Shown here one piece after another: positions 41,352 to 50,354 of a stretch of DNA of 64,000 bases. The DNA is taken from contig DAHVLZ010000036.1 in NCBI GenBank assembly GCA_027320085.1, positions 32,001-96,000 on the forward strand, read 5' to 3'. The DNA comes from Pseudomonadota bacterium. Its GTDB lineage: Bacteria > Pseudomonadota > Gammaproteobacteria > JAKAQQ01. The notes below the pieces were generated by a model. That model saw only the letters and a program-made list of their open reading frames with translations, was not told the DNA's origin and searched no databases. The position numbers and the translations under genes are program-made. Each line of letters opens with the position of its first letter. Within the stretch, counting starts at the first letter, position 1.

Positions 41352-43541
41352 ATGGACACCACCCGTCTGCTCCAGTCTCTGAACAAGGCCCAACAAGAGG
41401 CGGTTCGCCAACCGGAAGTCCCAGTTTTGGTCCTAGCAGGTGCCGGCAGCGGCAAGACTCGCGTCCTTGTGCACCGGGTGGCGTGGCGCCTTGCAATCGA
41501 CGGATGTAGGCCCGATCAGGTTCTAGCCGTCACCTTCACCAACAAGGCTGCCCGGGAAATGCGAGAACGGATCTTCCAACTGGCCGGTTCTGAGGCCCGC
41601 TCCATGTGGCTGGGGACGTTCCACAGTATCGGCTACCGGATCTTGGCTCGTCATGCTGCCCAGGCCAGGCTTCCCACTGAATTTACGATCCTTGATGACG
41701 AGGACCAGCGCCGACTGGTCCGACAGCTCATCCGAGATCGGCAATGGGATGAGCGAAATCACGCGCCTTCTCTCGTTCAGTGGTACATCAACCAGCAGAA
41801 GGATGCCGGCCGGCGCGCCGGACAGGTAGCCGAAGGTATTTCAGACGGAGATGAGTCCCTTCGGGTGCTGTATGCCGATTACGAAAAAAAACTGAAGACA
41901 CTCGGTGCCACTGATTTTCCGGAACTCCTGTTCGGTTGCCTCGAGCTCTGGCAAAATCACCCCCAGATCCGCGACCAGTACCGCGGGCGCTTTACCGAAA
42001 TTCTAATTGACGAATTCCAGGACACGAACCCGCTTCAGTATCTCTGGTTCCGCGAGCTGACGGGATCTGGGGGCCGACCCTTCGTGGTAGGTGACGACGA
42101 CCAAGCCATTTACGGCTGGCGGGGCGCACGGATCGAGCATATCCTGGCCTTTTCCCGTGATTTTCCCCAGTCCCGCATGATCCGCCTCGAACAAAACTAC
42201 CGCTCGAGCCGATCCATTCTCCAGGCTGCCAATGCCCTGATCGCGCACAATCCTTCCCGGCTGGGGAAAACCCTCTGGACCGAGGGCGAACAAGGCCGCC
42301 AACCGACCCTTTTCAATGCCGACCACGAACAAGAAGAGGCCGACTATATCGTTTCCGAGATTGAGCAGCAGCTGACCGCCGGACAGGCTCCCTCTACAAT
42401 CGCGGTACTCTACCGATCGAACAGTCAATCCCGAATCATCGAGGAGGGACTCGTCCGGCACCGTATCCCTTATCGCGTCTATGGAGGAGTCCGTTTCCTC
42501 GAGCGCGCCGAGATCAAGGATGTCCTTTCCTACCTCCGGCTACTCGTAAACCCCGACCACACCTCGGCATTGGAGCGGGCGCTCCAAGCCCCACCACGAG
42601 GCATCGGAGACAAAACCCTGGAGCGCGCCCGTGAGTTGGGCCAGAGTGAGTCCTTGTCACTCAACGCTGCCTTATCCCGGCTGGCTGAGGACAAGACACT
42701 CGCTGCACGAACCCGTACAGCCCTCGGGCAGTGGTTCAACCTGCTGTCGCGGATGCGGGAGGCGATCGCTGGACAGGATCTGCCGCAACAAGTTGAACGG
42801 GCCATCGAACTGAGCGGTCTACCCGAGTTCTATCGGCAGGAGGATCCCCTGCGGGCAGAAAGTCGGCTCGAAAGTCTGGGCGAACTCATCAATGCTGCTG
42901 CGACATTTGAACCCGAGGAACCCCTGAATGGAGAATTCCCTCTTCCCCGTTTGGCCGCCTTCCTCGCGCAGATGACACTGGCCACCGATCTCGAGTCGGG
43001 AGAGACACAGCCGAGTGAAGTTCAGCTCATGAGCCTGCATGCCGCGAAGGGGCTTGAATTTCACACGGTATTCATTAGTGGCCTAGAAGAAGGTCTGCTC
43101 CCGCATATCCGTTCTCTCGACGCCGCGGGGGGCCTCGAGGAGGAACGCCGGCTCTTCTATGTCGGCATGACACGCGCCAAGCAGCAGCTTTTCCTGACCC
43201 TAGCCCGGCAACGGCGGTTACGTGGTCGTCTCTACCAATCCCTGCCATCGCGGTTTCTCCGAGAAATCCCAGAAAGTCAGCTGGACGTTCTCAATCCGGC
43301 CGTGCAGACCGTAAGCCCCATCTGGGGCACGAAACCCACCGGCCGCCCCCGTCCCCGGATTCCAGAGGCAGGACAGCCGGTTTCAGTTGGACGGAGGGTC
43401 CGTCATCCACGCTTTGGGGAGGGGGTCGTCCTCGACCACGAAGGTACTGGAACCCAATGCCGGGTCCAGGTTCGCTTCGACCATGTCGGCAGCAAATGGC
43501 TGGTCTGGTCCATGGCCCATCTCGAAACCCTGGACTCCTGA
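41352..43541 (+). CDS. uvrD: DNA helicase II
   Basis: LAGAGSGKTRVL, TFTNKAA, DEFQDTN, VGDDDQ.IY.WRGA, LEQNYRS, H.AKGLEF, EEERRL.YV..TRA. Confidence 0.96.
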   Translation: MDTTRLLQSLNKAQQEAVRQPEVPVLVLAGAGSGKTRVLVHRVAWRLAIDGCRPDQVLAVTFTNKAAREMRERIFQLAGSEARSMWLGTFHSIGYRILARHAAQARLPTEFTILDDEDQRRLVRQLIRDRQWDERNHAPSLVQWYINQQKDAGRRAGQVAEGISDGDESLRVLYADYEKKLKTLGATDFPELLFGCLELWQNHPQIRDQYRGRFTEILIDEFQDTNPLQYLWFRELTGSGGRPFVVGDDDQAIYGWRGARIEHILAFSRDFPQSRMIRLEQNYRSSRSILQAANALIAHNPSRLGKTLWTEGEQGRQPTLFNADHEQEEADYIVSEIEQQLTAGQAPSTIAVLYRSNSQSRIIEEGLVRHRIPYRVYGGVRFLERAEIKDVLSYLRLLVNPDHTSALERALQAPPRGIGDKTLERARELGQSESLSLNAALSRLAEDKTLAARTRTALGQWFNLLSRMREAIAGQDLPQQVERAIELSGLPEFYRQEDPLRAESRLESLGELINAAATFEPEEPLNGEFPLPRLAAFLAQMTLATDLESGETQPSEVQLMSLHAAKGLEFHTVFISGLEEGLLPHIRSLDAAGGLEEERRLFYVGMTRAKQQLFLTLARQRRLRGRLYQSLPSRFLREIPESQLDVLNPAVQTVSPIWGTKPTGRPRPRIPEAGQPVSVGRRVRHPRFGEGVVLDHEGTGTQCRVQVRFDHVGSKWLVWSMAHLETLDS

Positions 43542-43543
43542 CC

Positions 43544-44269
43544 GTGCTAGGGAAACGACAACCCGTGATTTTATCTTTCTCCGGAGGCAAGGACTCACTC
43601 CTTGCACTCGCCCGACTTTCCATGGATCCCGACTGGCAGGTTGTCCGACTGCTGACGACCCTCAACGAACGCTATCAGCGCATTGCCATGCACGGCGTGC
43701 GACGTTCGCTTCTTGAAGAACAAGCCCGCTCGCTCGGGCTGCCACTGGATCTCGTTTTCCTGCCCGCACATGGCGGCAATACCGAATACGAGACTGCCCT
43801 CAGCCACCGCCTGGTGGAGTACCGGTCAGTTGGGATCTACCATGTGGCCTTTGGTGACCTCTTTCTGGAGGATGTTCGTCGTTACCGGGAGACCCACCTC
43901 GCACAAGTGGGCATGACAGGGCTCTTTCCCTTATGGGGGCAACCGACGAACGGTCTGGCCCGTCGTTTTATTGCCGAAGGCTACCGGGCCACTGTGGTCT
44001 GCGTGGATACCACCCAGCTGGATCCGTCGTTCGCAGGCCGCGAGTTTGATAACCACTTCCTAGACACCCTCCCACCCACGGTTGACCCCTGTGGAGAACG
44101 CGGCGAGTTTCATAGTTTCGTCTACGACGGTCCTCCCTTCAATCGACCCGTCCCTTTCCAGAGGGGACAGACAGTGCTTCGGGATCGGCGTTTTCAGTAT
44201 TGCGAACTCCACCACCTGCCACCCGAGCCGCCACCATCCGATATCCCACCCGAAGGAAAACTGCCATGA
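43544..44269 (+). CDS. PP-loop ATP-binding protein (diphthine-ammonia ligase-like family)
   Basis: SFSGGKDS, MHGVR, FGDLFLED, DPCGE.GEFH.FV. Confidence 0.85.
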   Translation: MLGKRQPVILSFSGGKDSLLALARLSMDPDWQVVRLLTTLNERYQRIAMHGVRRSLLEEQARSLGLPLDLVFLPAHGGNTEYETALSHRLVEYRSVGIYHVAFGDLFLEDVRRYRETHLAQVGMTGLFPLWGQPTNGLARRFIAEGYRATVVCVDTTQLDPSFAGREFDNHFLDTLPPTVDPCGERGEFHSFVYDGPPFNRPVPFQRGQTVLRDRRFQYCELHHLPPEPPPSDIPPEGKLP

Positions 44270-44979
44270 CGCCACCCGAATCCCGGTTTTGTTTCTCTCC
44301 ACCCCAAAGGCATTCGCTGGCCATCGCCGGGACAGATGATCGCTTTCCAGTCCGGTCAATCTATTGCGTTGGGCGCAATTACCGGGAGCATGCACGAGAG
44401 ATGGGGGCACCGACGGATGGACTGCCGTGTTTTTTCATGAAGCCGGCGCATGCGCTCCTGGCCGACAGTTCTCGTATTCCTTATCCGCCGGCGACCGACG
44501 ATTTTCAGCACGAAGTGGAGCTGGTCGTCGCGCTTGGGTCAGGCGGGCGCCGGATTCCCCCCGAGGAGGCTTTGCGGGCGGTATTCGGGTACGGGATCGG
44601 ACTTGACCTGACCCGCCGCGATCTCCAAGCTCGGCTCAAGAAACAGGGTCAGCCGTGGGAACTGTCCAAAAGCTTCACCGGATCAGCCGCCTGTTCTGCC
44701 CTGGTTAGGACCAGCTTCGATGGTTCTGACCAGGCCCCCCATCAAATCCGGCTTGTAGTAAATGGCACTCTGCGACAGGAAGCGCAGACCGACCAAATGA
44801 TCTGGCCGATTGCAACCCTTCTTTCCGAACTTTCCCGTTATGAGGAGCTCGCGGCCGGTGATCTGCTTTTCACAGGGACACCTGCGGGAGTGGGCCCACT
44901 GGCCGTGGGCGACAGGGGATTCGCCGAAATTGTGGACGCCTGCCGCCTCGACTTCGAGGTCATTCCAGGGCCAGCTTAA
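44266..44979 (+). CDS. Fumarylacetoacetate hydrolase family protein
   Basis: IYCVGRNY.EH, FFMKP, HEVELVV, DLTRRDLQ, TGTPAGVG. Confidence 0.92.
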   Translation: MTPPESRFCFSPPQRHSLAIAGTDDRFPVRSIYCVGRNYREHAREMGAPTDGLPCFFMKPAHALLADSSRIPYPPATDDFQHEVELVVALGSGGRRIPPEEALRAVFGYGIGLDLTRRDLQARLKKQGQPWELSKSFTGSAACSALVRTSFDGSDQAPHQIRLVVNGTLRQEAQTDQMIWPIATLLSELSRYEELAAGDLLFTGTPAGVGPLAVGDRGFAEIVDACRLDFEVIPGPA

Positions 44980-46721
44980 TCCGGCGCGTCGATCCGGCCC
45001 AAGATACTGACCAAGCGGGTCATCAATTCCTGAGAGGGCCGGGCTAACTCGCGATCGAAGACCTGCTCTGCGGATGGGTTCCTCCGCTCAGACCAGTCTG
45101 AGGCGAAGCGCAGTCCCTGAGCATGGATGGATTCATGCAATTCACCGAGACGAGCGAAAAAAAATGATTCAGTCTGGGAACCTTCATGCATGGTTCGCCT
45201 GAGCCATCCATCAAGCCGGCATGACTCCTGGTGGCTAAGCACATCCGTAAGGTTTGTGCACCCGGTCTCTCCGCTGGCTGGCCGGGTCAAGGCATGGCGG
45301 AGGGCTTCCAGCCACCGTAGATGCGAAAAGGCGGCCGCCATACCATCAACATGATTGATTGGCCACGGACGCCGGTCCCGCTGATACCAATGCGGAGGGG
45401 GGGCCCATCGGCCTAACCAGTTAGGGATGTCCCAGGGCAATAACGGAGGGGCGATGTAGTACCCTTGGGCATATCGGCACCCGAGTTCAAGAAGCAGCGT
45501 CCCCACACTTTCATTTTCCACACCCTCCGCGATCACGGTGAGCCCCTGGCTTTGGGCATGTAACAGCTGTGCGGTCACGATACCGAGCGCTTGGTCATGT
45601 CGGAGGAGGTCTCCCACGAAACGTTTTTCGATTTTGATGCCATCGACCGGAAGCTCCTGAAGATACTGCATCATGGCATTTCCGGTTCCGAAGTCGTCCA
45701 GCAAAAACCGGACTCCCCAGGACTGCAGGGTTTCGATGACCTGCCGCGCGCGAGACAGATCTGTGATGGGGCTGGTCTCTGTCACTTCGATCATGAGCCG
45801 ATCCCTTTCATGACGGATCCGCTGCAAGGCTTCGGCCACGTCGTCCAGAAAACCATCGCAAAGCAGGTGCCGGGCACTGATATTGATCGTGATCACTCCT
45901 TCGAAACCAACCGTAGACCAGTTCTCGATATGCTCGGCCGCGTACCCGAGAACATACTGGCCGAGTTCGCGAGCCAGACCGGTATCGGCTTCGATCCCCT
46001 CGATGAATTGGGCAGCTGGAACGAGCTGTCGATCATCAGGTCGCCAACTGATCAATCCCTCGAATCCGAACAGGGTGCCATCCGACATATCCACAATCGG
46101 CTGGTAGCGGAGAAACGGCTTGCACGCACGAAGGGCTTCAGTGAAGCGTGATTCCATCTGGTGGCGTTGATCCCAGCGCTGCATCATCTCATCGGAGTAA
46201 AGGAGAAAACGGAGCCCCTGACGCCGGGCTTCCCAAAGCGCGAGTTCAGCCTGGCGAAGCCGGATCTCGACCGGAAAATCCGGGTCGTCCGGGTACAGGA
46301 CGACGCCCACTCGAGCGGGCAATCCCGGGCAGGCAGCGCCCTCAACCGGAAGCGGCCACTGGAGCGCCTTTAGAAGAGATTCGGCGAAAGTCACCAAGGC
46401 GTGCTCTCCCGCGACCCCGGGCAGGAAAAACCCGAAGACTCCCTCGCGGATTACCCCCAGAAAATCTCCAGTACCGAGCAGACTCTTCAAACGCTCGGCC
46501 ACAGCCTGAAGTAACCGATCCAGTGCCGGGTCTCCCTGACGCGGCATACGCTCCTCCAATCCCTCGAGTCCAACAAGAAGAAGTGCGGCCATCGCCTCCG
46601 GGTGGATTGCGCGTGCGCCACACTGGCCAACCACCTCGATCCAATGCGATCGTCGCAACAATCCGGTTGCCGGGTCGCTGCCGCGCAACGCTTCCCACCG
46701 TGCCGGCCAGTGGTCTTCCAC
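44976..46721 (-). CDS. Degenerate GGDEF + EAL + CZB domain protein
   Basis: D..TGL..R, YQPIV, EGL, IEVTE, DDFGTG, IKI, AEGVE, QGY; C-terminal H..W...C.L..W...H..IH. Start uncertain. Confidence 0.8.
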   Translation of the reverse strand: MEDHWPARWEALRGSDPATGLLRRSHWIEVVGQCGARAIHPEAMAALLLVGLEGLEERMPRQGDPALDRLLQAVAERLKSLLGTGDFLGVIREGVFGFFLPGVAGEHALVTFAESLLKALQWPLPVEGAACPGLPARVGVVLYPDDPDFPVEIRLRQAELALWEARRQGLRFLLYSDEMMQRWDQRHQMESRFTEALRACKPFLRYQPIVDMSDGTLFGFEGLISWRPDDRQLVPAAQFIEGIEADTGLARELGQYVLGYAAEHIENWSTVGFEGVITINISARHLLCDGFLDDVAEALQRIRHERDRLMIEVTETSPITDLSRARQVIETLQSWGVRFLLDDFGTGNAMMQYLQELPVDGIKIEKRFVGDLLRHDQALGIVTAQLLHAQSQGLTVIAEGVENESVGTLLLELGCRYAQGYYIAPPLLPWDIPNWLGRWAPPPHWYQRDRRPWPINHVDGMAAAFSHLRWLEALRHALTRPASGETGCTNLTDVLSHQESCRLDGWLRRTMHEGSQTESFFFARLGELHESIHAQGLRFASDWSERRNPSAEQVFDRELARPSQELMTRLVSILGRIDAPD

Positions 46722-46864
46722 GGTCAAGTCAGCGGGTCCGATCCGCGCCCGACAAATATCTGCCTGTTTCTCGAAATCAGCAGGCCAGTTGGAATCATGG
46801 GGCAGACCGTCTCCGGGTGACGCTTGATATACTGCCACGGGTGACGTACCGGAGCCAACCACCC

Positions 46865-47023
46865 ATGAAAGTTCTGTGGGCGGGATTGATCTTCTGCTGC
46901 CTTGTGGGGCTAGCCGGCTGCGGGCAAAAGGGGCCCCTCTACCTCCCCCCGAATCGCTCTCACCACCGGCTTCAGGAACCGGCCACCCATCCCCAACCGG
47001 CGGCTGCACATGTCCGCCGGTGA
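46865..47023 (+). CDS. Small lipoprotein of the YifL/LptM (LppL) family
   Basis: MKVLWAGLIFCCLVGLAGCGQKGPLYLP: lipobox plus CGxKGPLYxP signature. Confidence 0.85.
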   Translation: MKVLWAGLIFCCLVGLAGCGQKGPLYLPPNRSHHRLQEPATHPQPAAAHVRR

Positions 47024-49700
47024 AGAACGCAGGATCCTCCTGGTCGACGGCACAGCTTACTTGTACCGGGCTTTTCACGCACTCCCCCCCCTCGCAACCT
47101 CCAGCGGCTTTCCCACGGGAGCCATCAAGGGAGTGCTCAACATGGTCCGCAATTTACGCGAACAGCACCCGGCACCTTGGGCCGCGATTGTTTTTGACAG
47201 TCCAGGTCGTTCCTTTCGCCATTCCATCTACACTCAGTACAAGGCCCAGCGTCCTCCCATGCCGGAATCATTGGGCATTCAGATTGCACCCCTGCAGGCC
47301 GCCCTCAAGGCCATGGGCTTTCCGGTCATCCAGGTTCCGGGCGTTGAGGCCGACGACGTGCTCGGCACCCTGGCCCATATGGCTGGCCAGAAGGGATTCC
47401 ATGTCTTTTTGTTCAGCACCGACAAGGACCTCGCTCAGCTCGTCACGCCCGTGATTACTCTCGTGAACCCCGTGACACGAGAGGCGCTGGACCGGGAGGG
47501 GGTCAAGGCTCGATATGGGGTCTGGCCTGAACAGATGGTTGATTTCCTAGCCTTGGTCGGAGATAGTTCAGACAATATTCCCGGTATCCCAGGTGTCGGT
47601 CCCAAAACAGCGACCCGCTGGCTCGAGCAATACGGATCTCTGGACAACCTGTGGGCACACCGGATGGAAATCCCAGGCCAGGCAGGCCAAGCCTTGCAGA
47701 ACGGACAGACTACGCTGGAGATGGCGCGCCGCCTTGTCACTTTGGACTGCAGTGTCCCGCTTGAGGAGCGTTTGGAGACTCTCCGTCTCTCCCCCCCCGA
47801 CCCCGCACGCCTCAGCGAGACCTTGTCCTCACTAGAGATCCACGATCCCTCGGTCGCCTCGGACGGACCCGAGAAGGCCCCTGCGCTCGGGGCAGGAAAC
47901 TCGATCTGCATCACTGACTGGGCCCAGTTCGAGCAATGGAGGGAACGTTTAGCCCGAGCAGACCTGATCGCGATCGATACCGAAACCACCTCACTCAACT
48001 ACCTGGAAGCCCGTCTCATCGGTCTGTCCTTCAGCCTCGACGGCGAGGAGGCGGTGTATCTGCCGCTCCGGCACCGACCCGAAACCGCTGGCACGCAATT
48101 GCCAGCGCAGACGGTTCTTGAGGCGCTGCGTCCCCTGTTGGAAGATCCGACCCACCCCAAAGTCGGGCACCATATCAAGTATGACCGGCACGTTTTCATG
48201 AACGAGGGCATTGTGTTGGCCGGAATCCGTTCCGACACCATGCTTGAGAGTTATGTCTTGAACAGTACAGCAGGCCGACACGATCTCGATTCGGTAGCCT
48301 CACGCTATCTCGGAATCCACAAGACCCCTTTCGAATCGCTAACCGGTCGGGGGCAGCACCGGAAGACGTTTGACGAGGTCTCCCTTGATCAGGCCACCGC
48401 CTATGCCGGGGCGGACGCGTGGATCACTTGGCGACTTCACCAGAACCTCAGTCAGGCACTGGAAGCAACCCCCAGACTGGCCCGGATCGTTGATTCCATC
48501 GAAGTCCCGCTATCATCGGTTCTCTTCGGGATGGAGCGGACCGGTGTCCGGATTGACCGCGAACAGCTCGCCGAGCAGTCACATGAACTCGATCTCGCCC
48601 TCAGGACTTTGCGTGAGCAGGCTCATGGGCTTGCGGGCCACGAGTTCAATCTGGACTCGCCCAAGCAGCTGCAGATCGTCCTGTTTGACGAACTCGGCAT
48701 CCCCGCCCAGGGGAAGACGCCCGGTGGACAGCGCTCCACCTCAGAAGCGGTGCTGGAGGAACTTGCTGCACACCATCCCCTTCCACGTCTGATCCTGGAA
48801 TACCGGAGTCTGGCCAAGCTCCGGTCGACTTATACGGAAAAACTACCCCAGGAAATTAATCCCCGCACTGGCCGGATCCATACGAGTTATCACCAAGCGG
48901 TCACTGCCACTGGGCGGCTCTCTTCCTCGGATCCAAACCTGCAGAACATCCCGATCCGTACCGCAGCCGGTCAGCGGATCCGCCAAGCATTTATCGCAGA
49001 ACCCGGCTCTCACATTGTTTCCCTCGATTACTCGCAGATTGAACTTCGAATCCTGGCCCATTTCTCAAAAGATCCGGGTCTTTTGACTTCTTTTGCGGCG
49101 CACCAGGATGTCCATCGCGCCACCGCGGCGGAACTTTTTGGTATCCCGGCGGAAGTCGTCAGCGAGGACCAGCGCAGGCTGGCCAAGACTATCAATTTTG
49201 GTCTCATTTACGGCATGTCCGCCTTTGGGCTCGCTCGACAGCTTGGGCTATCCCGTGAACTGGCCAAAAACTATATGGACCGTTACTTTTCCCGCTATTC
49301 AGGAGTCCGTGATTTTCTCGATACCACCCGGCGGCAGGCGCACCAGCAGGGTTTCGTTGAAACCCTGCTGGGCCGGCGTCTTTACCTGACAGACCTCAAG
49401 AGCCGTTCTCCTGGATTGCGACAGACCGCCGAGCGGGCTGCCATCAATGCCCCCATGCAGGGTACTGCGGCCGATATCATCAAGATTGCCATGATTGGTG
49501 CGGAACGTTGGCTCCGTGACCATGGCTGTGCATCCCGCCTCATCCTCCAAGTTCATGATGAACTGGTGCTTGAAGTTCCTGAAGAGGAACTCGATGCCGT
49601 CACATCGGGCATCTCCCGGGAAATGACCTCTGCCGTGGAGTTGACGGTCCCCCTAACGGTTCAGGTGGGAGTAGGCCCCAACTGGGGGCTCGCTCACTGA
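47010..49700 (+). CDS. polA: DNA polymerase I
   Basis: LVDG..YLYRAFHA, EADD, DTET, TGRLSS.DPNLQNIP, DYSQIELR, AKTINFGLIYG, QVHDEL. Confidence 0.98.
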   Translation: MSAGEERRILLVDGTAYLYRAFHALPPLATSSGFPTGAIKGVLNMVRNLREQHPAPWAAIVFDSPGRSFRHSIYTQYKAQRPPMPESLGIQIAPLQAALKAMGFPVIQVPGVEADDVLGTLAHMAGQKGFHVFLFSTDKDLAQLVTPVITLVNPVTREALDREGVKARYGVWPEQMVDFLALVGDSSDNIPGIPGVGPKTATRWLEQYGSLDNLWAHRMEIPGQAGQALQNGQTTLEMARRLVTLDCSVPLEERLETLRLSPPDPARLSETLSSLEIHDPSVASDGPEKAPALGAGNSICITDWAQFEQWRERLARADLIAIDTETTSLNYLEARLIGLSFSLDGEEAVYLPLRHRPETAGTQLPAQTVLEALRPLLEDPTHPKVGHHIKYDRHVFMNEGIVLAGIRSDTMLESYVLNSTAGRHDLDSVASRYLGIHKTPFESLTGRGQHRKTFDEVSLDQATAYAGADAWITWRLHQNLSQALEATPRLARIVDSIEVPLSSVLFGMERTGVRIDREQLAEQSHELDLALRTLREQAHGLAGHEFNLDSPKQLQIVLFDELGIPAQGKTPGGQRSTSEAVLEELAAHHPLPRLILEYRSLAKLRSTYTEKLPQEINPRTGRIHTSYHQAVTATGRLSSSDPNLQNIPIRTAAGQRIRQAFIAEPGSHIVSLDYSQIELRILAHFSKDPGLLTSFAAHQDVHRATAAELFGIPAEVVSEDQRRLAKTINFGLIYGMSAFGLARQLGLSRELAKNYMDRYFSRYSGVRDFLDTTRRQAHQQGFVETLLGRRLYLTDLKSRSPGLRQTAERAAINAPMQGTAADIIKIAMIGAERWLRDHGCASRLILQVHDELVLEVPEEELDAVTSGISREMTSAVELTVPLTVQVGVGPNWGLAH

Positions 49701-49706
49701 TCCTAG

Positions 49707-49734
49707 GGAACTTCTTGGGAAACCCCCTGTCTTA
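49707..49734 (+). promoter_or_regulatory. SigmaE/AlgU-type promoter
   Basis: GGAACTT-16 nt-TCTTA. Confidence 0.7.
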
Positions 49735-49739
49735 ACGGT

Positions 49740-49844
49740 ATCTGTCTCCTTTCCGCTCTCCTCCCTGAGCGGAAGCGCCGACTGGTTTCCCCAACCACTC
49801 GGCGATGCCTAGCCCCGGCAACTTTTGGCGCCGGGGCTTTTTTT
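49740..49844 (+). ncRNA. Candidate sRNA with C-rich loops (sX13/ErsA/Spot42 position)
   Basis: Two hairpins with loops UCCUCCCU and UCCCC plus a terminator hairpin and U tract, directly after polA. Confidence 0.7.
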
Positions 49845-50354
49845 ATTTTGCAATCAATATCTTGGGAATATACCTGCCGCCGTTCGGCTCGGGCCCAAGA
49901 TCACATGAGGAAGGTGATGATCTGGTGGCGCCATCCATCGCGGATGCGCTTGAGGGTGTTTGTGGCCCGACACTCCTGTGATTGGGGCTATACCCCCTTA
50001 GCTAGCGGGGTTTGGCTGGGCGCTAGATCGGTTGGGGCCTGCCCTGCGATCGATGCACACGGGCACCCGGCGCTTCGGGTCTGGTGCCCAGACGAAACGA
50101 TACGCCCAACAGTTGAACCCGGAAGGTCGAACAATTCTCTGGCCCTGGCACCAAAATGCGAAGTGGGCCTGACGCCTCCCTTTGCCCAGGTTGGGATAGA
50201 AGAGTAGCAAAGGTGAACTTATACAGCGGGAGGCATTCAGCCCAAGGGGGCTCATTTTAGTGGAAGACGATGCTGTTTCGTCCAATGGCCCGGTCGCCTT
50301 TCCTTCCCAACCCACCGCAAAACACCCCTTGCCTGCAGCCTCAGCTTGGATCAA

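Noticed and set aside
46148-47078. 291-aa plus-strand ORF and the 700-aa version of the EAL protein
   Set aside because: Only the last 52 codons of the former are a real lipoprotein; the latter's N-terminus overlaps that gene and polA
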